Origin: Candidatus Zymogenus saltonus
GTDB taxonomy: Bacteria; Desulfobacterota; Zymogenia; Zymogenales; Zymogenaceae
NCBI GenBank assembly: GCA_016929395.1
Contig: JAFGIX010000069.1
Coordinates: forward strand, 4,986 to 68,985
DNA length: 64,000 nt
Direction of reading: 5' to 3'
Shown: piece after piece, positions 62,072-64,000 of the stretch
Numbering within the stretch: position 1 is the first letter of the stretch
How the letters are laid out: each line of letters opens with the position of its first letter
The notes under the pieces: model-generated
The model's database searches: none
Told to the model about the DNA's origin: nothing
What the model saw: the letters and a program-made list of their open reading frames with translations, nothing else
Program-made: the position numbers and the translations under genes

Positions 62072-62941
62072 TTACTTCGCCACCTCGGCCCAGGCGTCCT
62101 TGATTACCACGTCCCCCCTGTTGACCGCGGCCTCGAGGCCGACTATTTTGGTATCACCCTTGTCCTCGGTGAGCCAACCCTTGGTGATTACCGTGTCTCC
62201 CGGCAGGACGTTCCTCGAGAATCTAACCTTGAGCTTCTTCAGCTTCGTAGGGTCGCCGCCGCAGGCGTTGTCCACAACCGCCTTCTGGACGAAGGCCATG
62301 GTGCAGAGCCCCTGGAGGATTATGCCGGGAAGCCCCACCTTTACCGCGAAGTCGGGATCGACGTGTATCAGGTTGTGGTCGCCCGAGGGCTCCGCGTAGA
62401 TGTAGGTCTGCCCCAGCTTGACCTTCATCTCTTCCGTGAAGAGGATATTCGGTTCCTCCGCCTTCTCCTCGACGGCCGGCTTTTTCTCCCTCTTGGCATC
62501 CGGCCACCGCTCGAAAAAGCCGATAACCAAACTCATCACGAGATCGCCCGCCTCGTCCACCGAGTCCACCTTTACCTCTAAAAGCTCGCCGGTTCCCTTG
62601 TCGATGACGTCCTTTACGGTCGCCGTGGTCTTGAGCTTCGTCCCTGGGATAAGGGGCTTGGGCCACTCGAAGTACTGCTCCCCGTGGACGACGTACGCCC
62701 AGTTGATCCCGAGGGTCGGCTCCTTCAGCACTTCCATTATCCCCTTGGCCCCGATGTCCTTGCTGACGGCATAGAGGGGAGGGGCCACGGTTCCCCCTTC
62801 TCTCGCCCCGTTGATATAGGCCTCGTTGTAGTCGTTGGTCGCCAGGGCGTAGTAGATCGCCTCCCTGTTTACGACCTCCCCGTCCACCGGCCCGAACGTC
62901 TTTCCGATAAGATCACGATTAATAGCCATTTTAGGCCTCAC
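62072..62941 (-). CDS. MaoC-like (R)-specific enoyl-CoA hydratase / dehydratase with a double hot-dog fold
   Basis: 289 aa. The C-terminal hot-dog carries DHNLIHVDPDFA. The N-terminal half is a second, degenerate hot-dog. Confidence 0.8.
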   Translation of the reverse strand: MRPKMAINRDLIGKTFGPVDGEVVNREAIYYALATNDYNEAYINGAREGGTVAPPLYAVSKDIGAKGIMEVLKEPTLGINWAYVVHGEQYFEWPKPLIPGTKLKTTATVKDVIDKGTGELLEVKVDSVDEAGDLVMSLVIGFFERWPDAKREKKPAVEEKAEEPNILFTEEMKVKLGQTYIYAEPSGDHNLIHVDPDFAVKVGLPGIILQGLCTMAFVQKAVVDNACGGDPTKLKKLKVRFSRNVLPGDTVITKGWLTEDKGDTKIVGLEAAVNRGDVVIKDAWAEVAK

Positions 62942-62989
62942 GAAAAAGGTGTATGAAAAAGAACACTACTTGTTTTCTATTCCCCGTTT

Positions 62990-63185
62990 GACAAGGGGAA
63001 CGATTATTTCGTAATTCCCGACTCGATCGGGGATCAAATATCCTGTCATTCCCAACTCTATTGGTAATCCATTATTCTGTCATTCCCGACTTGATCGGGA
63101 ATCCAGATAGATATTCATCCCTACATACGCAGGGACAGGCTGGATTCCCGCTTCCCAAGGGAATGACATATAATGTTACTCCCTT
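62990..63185. repeat. second cluster of the REP-like hairpin repeat family (TGTCATTCCCGACTTGATCGGGAATCC / GGATTCCCGCTTCCCAAGGGAATGACA)
   Basis: Three units with internal dyads. Same family as 1851-2110. Confidence 0.5.
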
Positions 63186-63362
63186 GTTTTTGCTCCCAAA
63201 TAGATATGGAATCCATTAAAGATGTTAGACAAAAAAATACCAGAAAAAGGGGCGTGTGTCAAGAAAGGGGTGAAACGACTTTTAGTAAAACCGCCGCCGA
63301 AATTGACACCAAAAAGTATCTGTGATACATTTAGTCAATTAAAAAATATCTTGGGGGTCTTT

Positions 63363-63839
63363 ATGAGCGTCAAAACATTATCCGACAAAGCCAATCTCTA
63401 CAAGATTGTCGCGTTTCTCATTCTTGTAGCGGCGGCCCTTGCCCTTGCCACCTGCGGCAAGGAGCCCACCGACGAGGAGAAGATCGAGGCGTTGATCAGG
63501 GACGCAGCGGAGAAGGCGGAGGCCAAGGATATCAGGGGCGTGTTGAAACACGTTTCCGAGTCGTACAAGGACAGGGAAGGGAACGACAGGAACCAGATCA
63601 AGGGGCTATTGTTTGTCTACTTTCAGGGGTACGAAAAAATCGGGATTTTCATTCGGGATATTAAGGTCGAAGTAAAGGGAGACGATGCTATGGCCGTTGT
63701 CAAGCTGGTATTCACCGGTGGCGCCGAGATCATCCCGGAGTCCGGGAGCGGCTACGTCCTCGATCTGAAGCTGAAGCGGGAGGAGGGCGACTGGCGGGTG
63801 GTGCGCGCCGGCTGGACCGAGTCGAAGGTGCTGTTCTAA
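63363..63839 (+). CDS. hypothetical lipoprotein
   Basis: Signal peptide with lipobox LATC (MSVKTLSDKANLYKIVAFLILVAAALALATC). Confidence 0.55.
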   Translation: MSVKTLSDKANLYKIVAFLILVAAALALATCGKEPTDEEKIEALIRDAAEKAEAKDIRGVLKHVSESYKDREGNDRNQIKGLLFVYFQGYEKIGIFIRDIKVEVKGDDAMAVVKLVFTGGAEIIPESGSGYVLDLKLKREEGDWRVVRAGWTESKVLF

Positions 63840-63877
63840 CTCGTTGTCTCCATTTTCACTGTTTCCTTGGAGGGCAG

Positions 63878-64000
63878 ATGAAGATCTATAAATCCCTGCT
63901 GCTCCTGTTTGCGGCGGGCGTCGTCTTGGCGGCGCTTGTTCTGGGGTGCGCTAAAAACCCCGAATACTGGTTCAACAGGGGTCTTAAAGAGAATGACCTC
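63878..64000 (+). CDS. lipoprotein, partial (runs off the window end), possibly TPR-containing
   Basis: MKIYKSLLLLFAAGVVLAALVLGCAKNPEYWFNRG, with a signal peptide and lipobox. Confidence 0.5.
   Translation, partial: MKIYKSLLLLFAAGVVLAALVLGCAKNPEYWFNRGLKENDL

Overview
This 64-kb window reads as a gene-dense chromosomal segment of a moderately GC-rich bacterium. The protein motifs suggest an uncultivated lineage. No rRNA, tRNA or CRISPR array was recognised. Most genes look like housekeeping functions. Left to right: a BNR/Asp-box glycosidase-like membrane protein; a TetR regulator followed by an overlapping small ORF; two tandem paralogous large secreted, C-terminally anchored proteins; an FGE-family enzyme; an MBL hydrolase; a PrsW protease; an MlaEFD lipid-transport operon fused to a TCA-type run (LeuD-like small subunit, isocitrate dehydrogenase, malate dehydrogenase, class-I fumarase alpha subunit); a single strongly AT-rich foreign gene wedged after fumarase alpha; an ADP-forming acyl-CoA synthetase-like protein; an AraC-type response regulator; rph and rdgB; an RNase J-like beta-CASP nuclease; a MEMO1-family protein; an HDAC/AcuC-like protein; a kinase/P-loop fusion; a secreted protein with an internal tandem domain duplication; an MFS transporter; TtcA and TsaC; an M28 peptidase; a frameshifted NMT1-like substrate-binding protein; PtsI; an MBL hydrolase; a GNAT; a long acyl-CoA dehydrogenase; a ParA-like ATPase; an HhH-domain protein with a catalytically degenerate CheB homologue; a Zn-ADH; a DUF374-like protein; a livM-livH-livG-livF operon; a FadD-type ligase; and a C45 Ntn-acyltransferase-like / two-paralog / MaoC cluster. 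The points most worth a second look are: (i) the compositionally foreign single-gene island at 18.6-19.7 kb; (ii) the tandem pair of large membrane-anchored exoproteins; (iii) the pseudo-CheB + HhH + ParA neighbourhood; (iv) a hairpin-forming interspersed repeat family present in two copies near the two ends of the window; (v) a strand-asymmetric purine/pyrimidine degenerate tandem repeat; (vi) two tandem micro-ORFs encoding hydrophobic peptides; and (vii) a substrate-binding-protein gene broken in a G6 run. Every functional call is from motif recognition by eye, and none has been confirmed by a database search.
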